NCBI GenBank assembly: GCA_009694295.1 | Contig: SHVJ01000001.1 | Coordinates: 7,286-71,285, forward strand | DNA: 64,000 nt | Origin: Acidimicrobiia bacterium | Lineage (GTDB): Bacteria > Actinomycetota > Acidimicrobiia > IMCC26256 > PALSA-555 | Reading direction: 5' to 3' | In this document: in pieces, positions 1 to 7,383 of the stretch | Numbering within the stretch: the first letter of the stretch is position 1 | Layout: the number at the start of each line of letters is the position of its first letter | Notes under the pieces: generated by a model | What the model was told of the DNA's origin: nothing | What the model saw: the letters and a program-made list of their open reading frames with translations, nothing else | The model's database searches: none | Made by a program: the position numbers and the translations under genes

Positions 1-212
1 CAGTTGAACAGCGCGTGGATGGGGCCGCCGATCTTCTTGATGGCATCCGCCGTGGCGTCGGGATCCTTGAGATCCGCCGACTGGTAACTCGCCACCTTGA
101 CCGGCGGCTCCTTGAGGTCGAGCACGTGGATCTCGGCACCGAGGTTGGCGAGCTCGGTGACCGTGGCTGCCCCCATGCCCGCGCCCCCGCCACCGCTAAC
201 GATGACGCGCAT
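1..212 (-). CDS. SDR-family NAD(P)-dependent oxidoreductase, N-terminal fragment (gene continues beyond window start)
   Basis: Reverse-strand reading from ATG 212-210 gives MRVIVSGGGGAGMGAATVTELANLGAEIHVLDLKEPP..., a Gly-rich Rossmann N-terminus like hydroxysteroid-dehydrogenase-type SDRs. A GAGGGG run lies just upstream. Absent from the ORF track because there is no stop inside the window. Confidence 0.6.
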   Translation of the reverse strand, partial: MRVIVSGGGGAGMGAATVTELANLGAEIHVLDLKEPPVKVASYQSADLKDPDATADAIKKIGGPIHALFN

Positions 213-290
213 CCCCTCGTAATCCCAAAGCCCCATCGGATTCCCCCTTCACTGCGTACCGAGGCACCGACTCTACCGACCTGCAGCCAA

Positions 291-335
291 CGATCTGAAG
301 AGAGGCGATCTGAAGAGAGGCGATCTGAAGAGAGG
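291..335. repeat. Perfect 15-bp x3 tandem repeat CGATCTGAAGAGAGG
   Basis: Units at 291-305, 306-320 and 321-335 are identical and head to tail. They lie in a divergent intergenic region and are immediately followed by TAGGTT (336-341). Confidence 0.95.
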
Positions 336-341
336 TAGGTT
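336..341 (+). promoter_or_regulatory. -10-like TANNNT box (TAGGTT), 6 nt before GTG 348; putative leaderless promoter
   Basis: TAGGTT-CCGGGC-GTG. No separate Shine-Dalgarno run lies between the box and the start. Confidence 0.45.
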
Positions 342-347
342 CCGGGC

Positions 348-776
348 GTGGCTGACTCAACCGCCGAGGCCAACCGCGCGCTGATCCTCCAGTTCTGGGA
401 CGACCTCTATCGCCACGAGTTCGAAGCATGCGGCGCGTACTTCACCGACGACGGCGTCTACACCGACGTGCCCGTCGGCGAGGTCGGTGCAACCGGCCCT
501 GCCGAGGTTGCGGCGCGGCTGCGCCTCGGGCTCGAGCCGATCGACCGCAACGTGCACCACCTCCGGAGCCTCGTGTGCGACGGCGACGTCGTGATGACCG
601 AGCACGTCGAGGAGTGGTTCTGGAAGACGGGCGAGCATGTGGCGCTGCCATTCGTGTCGGTGATGGAGCTGCGCGACGGCTTGATCGCTCGCTGGTGGGA
701 CTACTTCAATCTGCCCACGCTGCTCGACGCCGCACCGCAGTGGTGGCTCGAGCACATCGCGAAGGGTTACAAGTAG
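348..776 (+). CDS. SnoaL/NTF2-fold protein, limonene-1,2-epoxide hydrolase-like
   Basis: 142-aa ORF. ALILQFWDDLY and LIARWWDYFNL segments are typical of the LEH/SnoaL-like family. Confidence 0.8.
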   Translation: MADSTAEANRALILQFWDDLYRHEFEACGAYFTDDGVYTDVPVGEVGATGPAEVAARLRLGLEPIDRNVHHLRSLVCDGDVVMTEHVEEWFWKTGEHVALPFVSVMELRDGLIARWWDYFNLPTLLDAAPQWWLEHIAKGYK

Positions 777-779
777 CGC

Positions 780-2291
780 TCAGCCGATCACCGGGGTACC
801 GGGCATCGGCAGATTGGCCGCGGCGGCCTTGAACTGCTCGGCGTCGATCTCCATCCAGAACCCAGCCTCGACCGCGGCGTCGGCCGACGCATTGAAAGCC
901 TCTGCGTAGTCGGCGTGCGCGGGATAGAGCTCGACAAGCTTCGCGTCGTCGAACGGGAGGGTACGACCGAACAGGACGCAAAGCCTCTCGCCCTTGCCAG
1001 GCTGCCCGGTCAATGTTGCGATCGGGACATCAACCTGGGGTGTACGGATGCCGCCCTTGGCGTTGCCGTGCTCATCGCGTGCGATCTCGTCGTCGCTGGT
1101 GATCGCCATTCGGGGCGAGCGCGGAGGCGCCGTGCCATCGCGTACCCAACGTTCGAGCTGGAACACCGCGGCATTCAGTACGGCGAACATCGGTCCGGCA
1201 TTGATCGGCGCGGTGCAGCCGAGTGGACCGCCGGTGATCGCCCGGACATCGAGGAGTTGAGCTTCGACCGTGCCGTCGTCGGCATCGCCGAAGCCAAGTG
1301 GTGCCGTATACGCGTCGGCATGCGACGTACCCGCCACTTCCCACAGCCGGATCTGCTTGGTGTCGCGCTGACGAGCCGCGAGGTACCCAAGCAGGGTGAG
1401 GTCGGTCTCCGTCTCGAACATCAACACGGGCACATCGACATCAGCGCGAATCAACGCCCCCTCGGGCATCCCATCGCGGGTGCCCGACCCCTTCGACTCA
1501 GTGAACCCCGCTGCGCTCCCGCCGCGGCTGTACACGAGGAATCCGTCGAACACGTGCGTGCGCGGGTGCACGGCGTTGATGTACGTGACCATGCGAAACG
1601 CCGACTGAGACTCACCCATCGCGATGACACGCTCCACCACGAGATCGCCCAGCGGCTTCGGCTCATCGCCAGTGCGGACGGCGACACCGGTCTGGGAGAA
1701 GATGTCATACGAGAACGCGTCACCGGGATGGTCGAGGTCCGCGTACCGCGCCGCGTCGGCCACCTTCAGCCCACCCGAAGGGATGGCCGCCGTCGCGCTC
1801 TCGCCGTCGCCTTGAATGCCAGCGGATTGGGCCGACACGCCGACCCAGGCCGCGCCGCTCCGGATGATCTGGGTGTGCGACGCCGTCCAAGCTGCGCCGG
1901 TATCGAAGCCGGCCGTCACATTCAGCCATTCGACGAACACCGTGCCGCTGAAATCGTCCGCCGACGCTGGGCGATACACGACGATTCGCGTCGCGAATGG
2001 TGCCGTGTCGGCTGGCTTCACCTTCCACTTGCCGTTGCGCGCGAGCTTGCCCACCGCGTCGAACGAAGTTGCCGTGCCGTCGAGGAAGAACTCCTCGCCG
2101 ACGTAGCCGGCGGCCGGGTTGAGGCTGGCCGCCACGAGGATCGGCTTCCCGCCGCCCCCGGTGATCGGTCCCGCGGCCGTGGGCTCGGGGACGGCCTCGT
2201 TCTTTCCGATGGGCGCCGACGCGCCGACGGGCACAGCCAGCGCTCCAAGCGTGAGAACGACCGTGGCAGCAAAGACTCGCTGACGCTTCAT
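780..2291 (-). CDS. Secreted protein of unknown function (alpha/beta-hydrolase-like family)
   Basis: 527-aa ORF. The internal ATG at 2291 gives a signal peptide MKRQRVFAATVVLTLGALAVPVGASAP. The long mature domain reads as real protein. The family call is from memory only. Confidence 0.65.
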   Translation of the reverse strand: MKRQRVFAATVVLTLGALAVPVGASAPIGKNEAVPEPTAAGPITGGGGKPILVAASLNPAAGYVGEEFFLDGTATSFDAVGKLARNGKWKVKPADTAPFATRIVVYRPASADDFSGTVFVEWLNVTAGFDTGAAWTASHTQIIRSGAAWVGVSAQSAGIQGDGESATAAIPSGGLKVADAARYADLDHPGDAFSYDIFSQTGVAVRTGDEPKPLGDLVVERVIAMGESQSAFRMVTYINAVHPRTHVFDGFLVYSRGGSAAGFTESKGSGTRDGMPEGALIRADVDVPVLMFETETDLTLLGYLAARQRDTKQIRLWEVAGTSHADAYTAPLGFGDADDGTVEAQLLDVRAITGGPLGCTAPINAGPMFAVLNAAVFQLERWVRDGTAPPRSPRMAITSDDEIARDEHGNAKGGIRTPQVDVPIATLTGQPGKGERLCVLFGRTLPFDDAKLVELYPAHADYAEAFNASADAAVEAGFWMEIDAEQFKAAAANLPMPGTPVIG

Positions 2292-2320
2292 GGCCGGAGA
2301 GTGTGCCAGCCTCCATGTCT

Positions 2321-2362
2321 TGGCGTCAGAAAACCCACCGCCACGGTGGTCTTCTGACGCCA
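2321..2362. promoter_or_regulatory. 42-nt near-perfect palindrome / hairpin in a divergent intergenic region
   Basis: TGGCGTCAGAA (2321-2331) pairs with TTCTGACGCCA (2352-2362). Inner stem CCACCG (2335-2340) pairs with CGGTGG (2344-2349). Confidence 0.6.
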
Positions 2363-2405
2363 AGACCCGGTCTGGAGGCCCGGGACCCGCTCACCCCACC
2401 CCCGG

Positions 2406-2411
2406 TAGCCT
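2406..2411 (+). promoter_or_regulatory. -10-like TANNNT box (TAGCCT), 8 nt before GTG 2420
   Basis: TAGCCT-CATTGGTC-GTG. The downstream reading begins a signal peptide VFRHFRNICLVALAIGSLVGSIAVPGGAAP. Confidence 0.4.
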
Positions 2412-2419
2412 CATTGGTC

Positions 2420-3470
2420 GTGTTTCGTCACTTTCGCAACATCTGTCTCGTCGCGCTCGCGATCGGATCGCTGGTCGGCTCGATCGCGGTGCCGGGGGGT
2501 GCCGCCCCGATCGACGACAAGCGGGCCCAGGCCGTCGCCCTCCAGGTCCAGATCACCGAGACCAACCAGACGCTCAGCGCACTCGGCGAGGAGTTCAACG
2601 GGGCGCAGCTCCGCCTCGACGAAGCCGAAGCCGCGCTCGCCGCGCTGCAAGTCCAGATCGACGCCACAAAGGCCGAGATCGCCCGCATCAAGGGCGTGCT
2701 CGCCGAGCGGGCCGCGGCGGTCTACAAGCGAGCCGCGTCGGGCGGCTCGACCGACGCGCTCGACATCGGCAACGCGCAAGAGTTCGCGAGTCGCGAGCAC
2801 TACGCATCAGCACAGGCCGACGACGACAACCGCCTCATCGACAACCTCAGACATCGCGAAGGATCAGCTTCGCGAGCAGCGCGGCACCGCGCGGACGATG
2901 CGCGACGCCGCGGCCACCGAGCACCAACGGCTCGCCGAGATGAAGACATCACTCGAAGCACTGTCGGCGCAGCAACAGCAATTGCTCGCACAGGTGCAAG
3001 GCGACGTCAAGCGGCTCATCCAAGAAGACCTCGAACGCAAGCAAGCCGAAGCAATCGCGATGGCGCACGGACGGTACGGCAACAACGTCGAGGCGTATCC
3101 CAACCTGCCGCCGCCTGGACCGTCCACCGCAATCGCGATCGCCTACGCATACCAGCAGATCGGCAAGCCGTACCTGTACGCCGGCATCGGCATCGATCGC
3201 TTCGACTGCTCAGGCCTCGTGATGATGGCCTTCCGATCGGCAGGCGTGTACCTCCCGCACTACTCCGGCGCGCAGTACCACATGCTCCCGCACTTACCGC
3301 TCGACGCGATGCAGCGCGGCGATCTTCTCTTCTGGGGTGGCGGTGGCAGCAGCCACGTCGCGATCCCTCTCGGCGACGGACAGATCATCGAGTCAGGCGG
3401 TACCGGTCACAACACGCACGTCGGACCGATCTGGGGTCATCCCTCAGGAGCAGCCCGCGTCACCCAGTAG
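2420..3470 (+). pseudogene. NlpC/P60 peptidoglycan endopeptidase with N-terminal coiled coil (RipA-like); reading frame broken near 2849-2852
   Basis: The signal peptide and coiled coil (QVQITETNQTLSALGEEFNGAQLRLDEAEAALAALQVQIDATKAEIARIKG ... NRLIDNL) are in the frame of ORF 2303..3490. The continuation (DIAKDQLREQRGTA ... YQQIGKPYLYAGIGIDRFDCSGLVMMAFRSAGVYLPHYSGAQY ... HVAI) is in the +1 frame of ORF 2499..3470. The switch lies inside AACCTCAGACATCGCG. Confidence 0.7.
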
Positions 3471-3502
3471 CGCAATCCGCTCGCACGTAGCACGATGTCC
3501 CC

Positions 3503-4435
3503 ATGCATGACTGCCCCGGTACCTGGCGTCGAACAACGATCGCTTTCGTCCTCGCGGGTGCACTTGCGCTCGGCGCACTCGTGGGACCCGTGGCCGCGGT
3601 GTCCACCAAGAAGAAGGCAGTGGTTGTGAAGCGCATCACGCTGACCCTGGTCGACGACAGCCGGCCAACCCCGGCGAACGGCGACTACGCCGGCGCACCC
3701 GACCGCACGCTCGAGACCGTGGTGTCGCTCCCGAAGGGCACGACCCGGAAGAAGCCACTGCCGCTCGTGTTGTTCGCCACCGGGATCGGGGGCACAGCCA
3801 CCAATTACGCCGACATGTACGACCACTGGGCGCGCGCCGGCTACATCGTGGCCGCCCCGTCGTTTCCACTCTCGAGCGAAGATTCGCCCGGCGGCACATC
3901 GGCCGCGGACCTCTCAAACCAGCCGGCCGACATGAGCTTCATCCTCGACGAGCTGCTCAGCCTGAACAGCGAACAAGGGTCAAAGCTGTTTGGGCTCATC
4001 GACGACGCCAGCCTCGGGGTGATCGGGAAGTCGCTCGGCGCGTTGACCGTGATGGATCTCATCTTCAATCCGACGTACCACGACGACCGGTTCGCAGCCG
4101 TCGTGATCTTGACGGGGCTCGCGACGGGCGGCGCTGACTTCAGCGCGTACGCCCCACCACTGCTGTTCGTCCACGGCGACGGCGACGAGACCGTGCCGTA
4201 CTCCAGCGGCCAAGATGCGTTCGCCAAGGCACAGTCACCCAAGTTCTTCGTGACGATCGCGGACGCGACGCATTCGAGCGCGTTCCACGGCGCGGACGAC
4301 CCGTCATCCACCGCGGTCGTGCGGAGCGTGACCGACTTCCTCGACAACTACCTCAAGGGCAAGAAGAACGCGCTGGCGAAGCTCGATGTGGACGGCAACG
4401 TCGCGGGCGTCGCGACGCTCGAGGCCAGCCCCTAG
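3503..4435 (+). CDS. Secreted alpha/beta hydrolase (dienelactone-hydrolase / PAF-acetylhydrolase-like)
   Basis: 310-aa ORF. Signal peptide RRTTIAFVLAGALALGALVGPVAAV and GKSLG nucleophile elbow, followed by GDGD and ATHSS segments. Confidence 0.8.
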   Translation: MHDCPGTWRRTTIAFVLAGALALGALVGPVAAVSTKKKAVVVKRITLTLVDDSRPTPANGDYAGAPDRTLETVVSLPKGTTRKKPLPLVLFATGIGGTATNYADMYDHWARAGYIVAAPSFPLSSEDSPGGTSAADLSNQPADMSFILDELLSLNSEQGSKLFGLIDDASLGVIGKSLGALTVMDLIFNPTYHDDRFAAVVILTGLATGGADFSAYAPPLLFVHGDGDETVPYSSGQDAFAKAQSPKFFVTIADATHSSAFHGADDPSSTAVVRSVTDFLDNYLKGKKNALAKLDVDGNVAGVATLEASP

Positions 4436-5262
4436 GTACTGACGTCGGCAAGCTCGCCACGGGCAGCGGCCGTGAACGGGAAACGCAGCTGGCGGAGATA
4501 GTCGTACTGGGGGACGGGTGTCGTCGTGCCGAACGCCGCGGGACGCTTGCCCTTGGGCATGTATGCCGTGCCGAAGATCTTGTCAACGACCGGGAGGCCA
4601 AAGTTCTTGTCGCGCGCCTCTTCATCGAGCGCATGGTGCCAGTGGTGCCACTCGGGCGTGTTGATCACCCAGCGCACGACCGGGAAGCGCAGTCGCACGT
4701 TCGCGTGCTGGAAGAGTGCGAGCAGGGTCACGAACACGGCGACGCCGGCGAACGCGCCGGCGTCGTAGCCCAGCACGAAGAGCGGCAGCACGGTCATTGC
4801 TTGCGTGAAGGCCGAGTCGATCGGGTGGAGTCGACCTGACGCGACCCAGTCCATCTGCTCGATGCTGTGGTGCACGGCGTGGAAACGCCAGAGGAACGGA
4901 ACCTGGTGCGTGAGTCGGTGGCCCCAATAGCTCCCTAGGAACACGAGCACGACCGCGAGCGGGATTGCCACTTCCGGAGCCAGCATGCTCTCCACGTCGT
5001 AGGCACGTACCCAAAGCAACGGGAGCGCGGCCGCTACGACCAGCACGATCGTGGCTGCCGTGACGAACAGGTTGTTCACCAGCAGGTGCGTCAGATCGGT
5101 GAGCAAGCCGCGGCGGAATACGCGCTGCGGGCGCAACGCGAACAGCTTCTCGATCGGCACGAACACCAGGAACAGGGCCGCGATGGCCACGACCGCGTTG
5201 GCGCGCACGAAGAGCGCGACGATGAGGGCAACTGCGAAGATGAGTCCGCTTCGTTTGGTCAC
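4432..5262 (-). CDS. Fatty-acid hydroxylase / sterol desaturase superfamily membrane protein
   Basis: His boxes HRLTH, HAVHH and WHHWHH with several TM segments. Preferred start is GTG 5262, preceded by GGGGGA. The ORF-track start at 5313 is a TTG inside the palindrome. Confidence 0.8.
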   Translation of the reverse strand: MTKRSGLIFAVALIVALFVRANAVVAIAALFLVFVPIEKLFALRPQRVFRRGLLTDLTHLLVNNLFVTAATIVLVVAAALPLLWVRAYDVESMLAPEVAIPLAVVLVFLGSYWGHRLTHQVPFLWRFHAVHHSIEQMDWVASGRLHPIDSAFTQAMTVLPLFVLGYDAGAFAGVAVFVTLLALFQHANVRLRFPVVRWVINTPEWHHWHHALDEEARDKNFGLPVVDKIFGTAYMPKGKRPAAFGTTTPVPQYDYLRQLRFPFTAAARGELADVST

Positions 5263-5267
5263 CGTTC

Positions 5268-5320
5268 CCCCTATTTGGTCACTCGACAACACATGTTGTT
5301 GTTCATTGACCAAATAGGGG
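5268..5320. promoter_or_regulatory. Perfect 14-bp inverted repeat CCCCTATTTGGTCA / TGACCAAATAGGGG (operator-like), 25-bp spacer
   Basis: Arms at 5268-5281 and 5307-5320. The spacer holds a nested palindrome ACAACA-CA-TGTTGT. A third direct TTTGGTCAC copy sits at 5254-5262. The 13-mer ATTTGGTCACTCG recurs at 62606-62594 on the minus strand. Confidence 0.6.
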
Positions 5321-5358
5321 ACTTGTCACGGCGGTACGAGGGGAGTGTGAGGGATCGG

Positions 5359-5364
5359 TAAGGT
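5359..5364 (+). promoter_or_regulatory. -10-like TANNNT box (TAAGGT), 6 nt before GTG 5371
   Basis: TAAGGT-CCGGCC-GTG. Confidence 0.45.
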
Positions 5365-5370
5365 CCGGCC

Positions 5371-5703
5371 GTGCTCATCAGCTTCGACATCGACGGCACC
5401 ATGGAGTTCGGGGAGCCGCCAGGGCCGGTTCCCGTGTCGTTCGTGCGTGAGCTCGCCGACGACGGTCACGTCATCGGGTCGGCGTCCGACCGCACCCGCA
5501 GCGATCAGTCACAGCTGTGGGAGAAGCACGGCATCGCCGTGGCGTTTGTTGGTGGGAAGCACCACCTTCACGAGGTGCGCGAGCAGTTCCCGGCGGAACG
5601 CCACGTGCACATCGGCGACACGCATGTCGACGAGCACTACGCGCTGCTCGCCGGTTTCGAGTTCTGCCAGCTCGACGACTGGGCGACGATCGCCCAACCC
5701 TGA
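5371..5703 (+). CDS. Small HAD-superfamily hydrolase-like protein
   Basis: 110 aa. N-terminal MLISFDIDGTMEF (HAD motif I, DxDGT), then SASDR and IGDTHVD segments. Confidence 0.7.
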   Translation: MLISFDIDGTMEFGEPPGPVPVSFVRELADDGHVIGSASDRTRSDQSQLWEKHGIAVAFVGGKHHLHEVREQFPAERHVHIGDTHVDEHYALLAGFEFCQLDDWATIAQP

Positions 5704-5718
5704 GTCAGGTCTGCACCC

Positions 5719-6615
5719 TCAGGAAAGACCGGACAACACGCCCTCGGTGTACGCGTCGGCCGCTTCGAGCATCGGATAGTGACCGACTCCCTCGAGCCGG
5801 ACGCGGTGCGCGTCGGCTCGCCGTGCGAGCAGCTCGTCGGTCATCGGCCAGACCGCGATCGGGTCGGCGTCGCCCCACACGATCGTGAGCGGCGCGGGAT
5901 GCCGCTCGATCGCCCCCGTCCAGCGCTCCTCGTGACGCCGTCGCTCCTCGATGTAGCGGATGAGTCGCGGGAGCAGTCGGTTGCCACCGTTGTGGGCAAC
6001 GAGCTCAGCCGCGGCACGCACGTGCTCAGGGTCGGGCCGCGAAGACGGTGATCCGGGCTGCGCCAGCGTTGCGGTCAGCGCGGCGTCGAGCGCATCGATG
6101 TTCGGCGCGGTGTCGTCGGTCAATGCCTCGTCGGGCAACGCGCAGAGGAACTGCTGCCCATCGGTGAGGTGCGCCTGCGCGAGATAGATGCTGCCGTTGG
6201 TGAGCACGCGGCGGTGCACTTCGAAGCCGAGATCACCATCGAGACTGCGGGCGAGCAGCTCGCCGGCCACGGAATCGCCCATGTCGTGGCTGAGGAGCTC
6301 GACGCCGGTGATCCCGTGTGCGGCCACCACCGCTTCCACGACATCTGCTTGGGCGAAGAGCGAGTACGCGCGATCGGGTTTGGATGACAGCCCGTAGCCG
6401 GGGAAGTCGAGCAGCACGACACGGCGATGTTCAGCGAGCGCAGGCAGAACCCCGACGTAGTCGATGCACGACGTGGGAAACCCGTGCAACACGAGCAACG
6501 GTGGCTTCTCGGTGTCGCCATCCGGGGCAACGTCGACCACGAACACGTCATTGCCGAGTGCGCGCTCGAACGCGCCGCGCGATCGCCACTCCTCGATCAG
6601 CGCGGCGGCGTCCAT
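5719..6615 (-). CDS. Alpha/beta hydrolase (epoxide hydrolase / haloalkane dehalogenase-like)
   Basis: LLVLHGFPTS (HGxP) and SHDMGD nucleophile segment. ATG 6615 is preceded by AGGATGGGG. The GTG at 6633 is the ORF-track alternative. Confidence 0.8.
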   Translation of the reverse strand: MDAAALIEEWRSRGAFERALGNDVFVVDVAPDGDTEKPPLLVLHGFPTSCIDYVGVLPALAEHRRVVLLDFPGYGLSSKPDRAYSLFAQADVVEAVVAAHGITGVELLSHDMGDSVAGELLARSLDGDLGFEVHRRVLTNGSIYLAQAHLTDGQQFLCALPDEALTDDTAPNIDALDAALTATLAQPGSPSSRPDPEHVRAAAELVAHNGGNRLLPRLIRYIEERRRHEERWTGAIERHPAPLTIVWGDADPIAVWPMTDELLARRADAHRVRLEGVGHYPMLEAADAYTEGVLSGLS

Positions 6616-6648
6616 GGCCCCATCCTGACGCACGCGGCTACACGCCGC

Positions 6649-6682
6649 CGATCGCCTGCAACCCGCGATCGCCTACAACCCG
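6649..6682. repeat. 17-bp x2 tandem repeat spanning the ccdA stop codon
   Basis: Minus-strand units are CGGGTTGTAGGCGATCG (6682-6666, contains the ccdA TAG) and CGGGTTGCAGGCGATCG (6665-6649, CAG at the same position). Confidence 0.9.
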
Positions 6683-7374
6683 CCAATCGAAGGCGTGAGC
6701 TTGGCGAGATACGACGTCACGTGCTTGTACAGCCCCGTCGTCAGCAGGATGCCGAGCACGACGAGCAGCACACCGGCAACCCGTTCGACCTTCGGGCCGA
6801 TGCGGCGCAATCGTTCGGCGAGCCAGGGTGACGACGCCAGGCCGAGCGCAGCCAGCAGGAACGGCACGCCGATCCCGAGTGCGTAGGCCAGGAGCAACAC
6901 GGCGCCGCGCCCGGCTTCACCTCCGCGTGCGGCGACGGTGAGCGCCGCGGCAAGCAGCGGACCGACGCACGGACTCCACGCCGCGCCGAAGGCAATTCCA
7001 ACTACGAACGGACGAAGCGGTCCGCCGAAGGTCGGCGCGTGCATCAGCCGTCGCTCGCGACTCAGCGGACCGCGAATCACACCCAGCAGCGCCAAACCCA
7101 TCACCATCACGAGCACGCCGCCGATGCGTTGCACCCAGTCCTGTACCTCGTGCAGCGAGGATCCGACCTGACCGGCCGCCGCGCCGAGCGCGGCGAAGAC
7201 CACCGCGAACCCGAGCACAAAGATGACCGTGGCCGGCACCGCGCGCGCCGCGTCGCGCTCCTGCGCGGCCTCGCCCGCAATGATCCCCAGGTACGCGGGC
7301 AACAGCGGCACGATGCAGGGCGCGAGGAACGACGCAACACCGGCACCGAACAGCACGACAAGCTCGCGCGCCAT
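6673..7374 (-). CDS. ccdA: Cytochrome c biogenesis / thiol-disulfide transporter CcdA (DsbD-core family)
   Basis: 233 aa, polytopic. Conserved Cys segments FLAPCIVPLLPAYLG and WSPCVGP. Confidence 0.85.
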   Translation of the reverse strand: MARELVVLFGAGVASFLAPCIVPLLPAYLGIIAGEAAQERDAARAVPATVIFVLGFAVVFAALGAAAGQVGSSLHEVQDWVQRIGGVLVMVMGLALLGVIRGPLSRERRLMHAPTFGGPLRPFVVGIAFGAAWSPCVGPLLAAALTVAARGGEAGRGAVLLLAYALGIGVPFLLAALGLASSPWLAERLRRIGPKVERVAGVLLVVLGILLTTGLYKHVTSYLAKLTPSIGGL

Positions 7375-7383
7375 GGTTGACGA

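Noticed and set aside
2292-2419. Possible cyclic-di-AMP (ydaO-type) riboswitch, because such elements often precede NlpC/P60 and rpf genes in actinobacteria.
   Set aside because: I could not find the conserved ydaO core segments as I remember them. The -10-like box only 8 nt before GTG 2420 leaves no room for a leader. An Rfam RF00379 covariance-model scan would settle it.
6615-6675. Stop-codon readthrough fusing CcdA to the downstream alpha/beta hydrolase. The two are in the same frame with no other stop between them.
   Set aside because: An open 14-codon linker in GC-rich DNA is likely by chance. The hydrolase has its own AGGA-type ribosome-binding site before ATG 6615. I know of no precedent.
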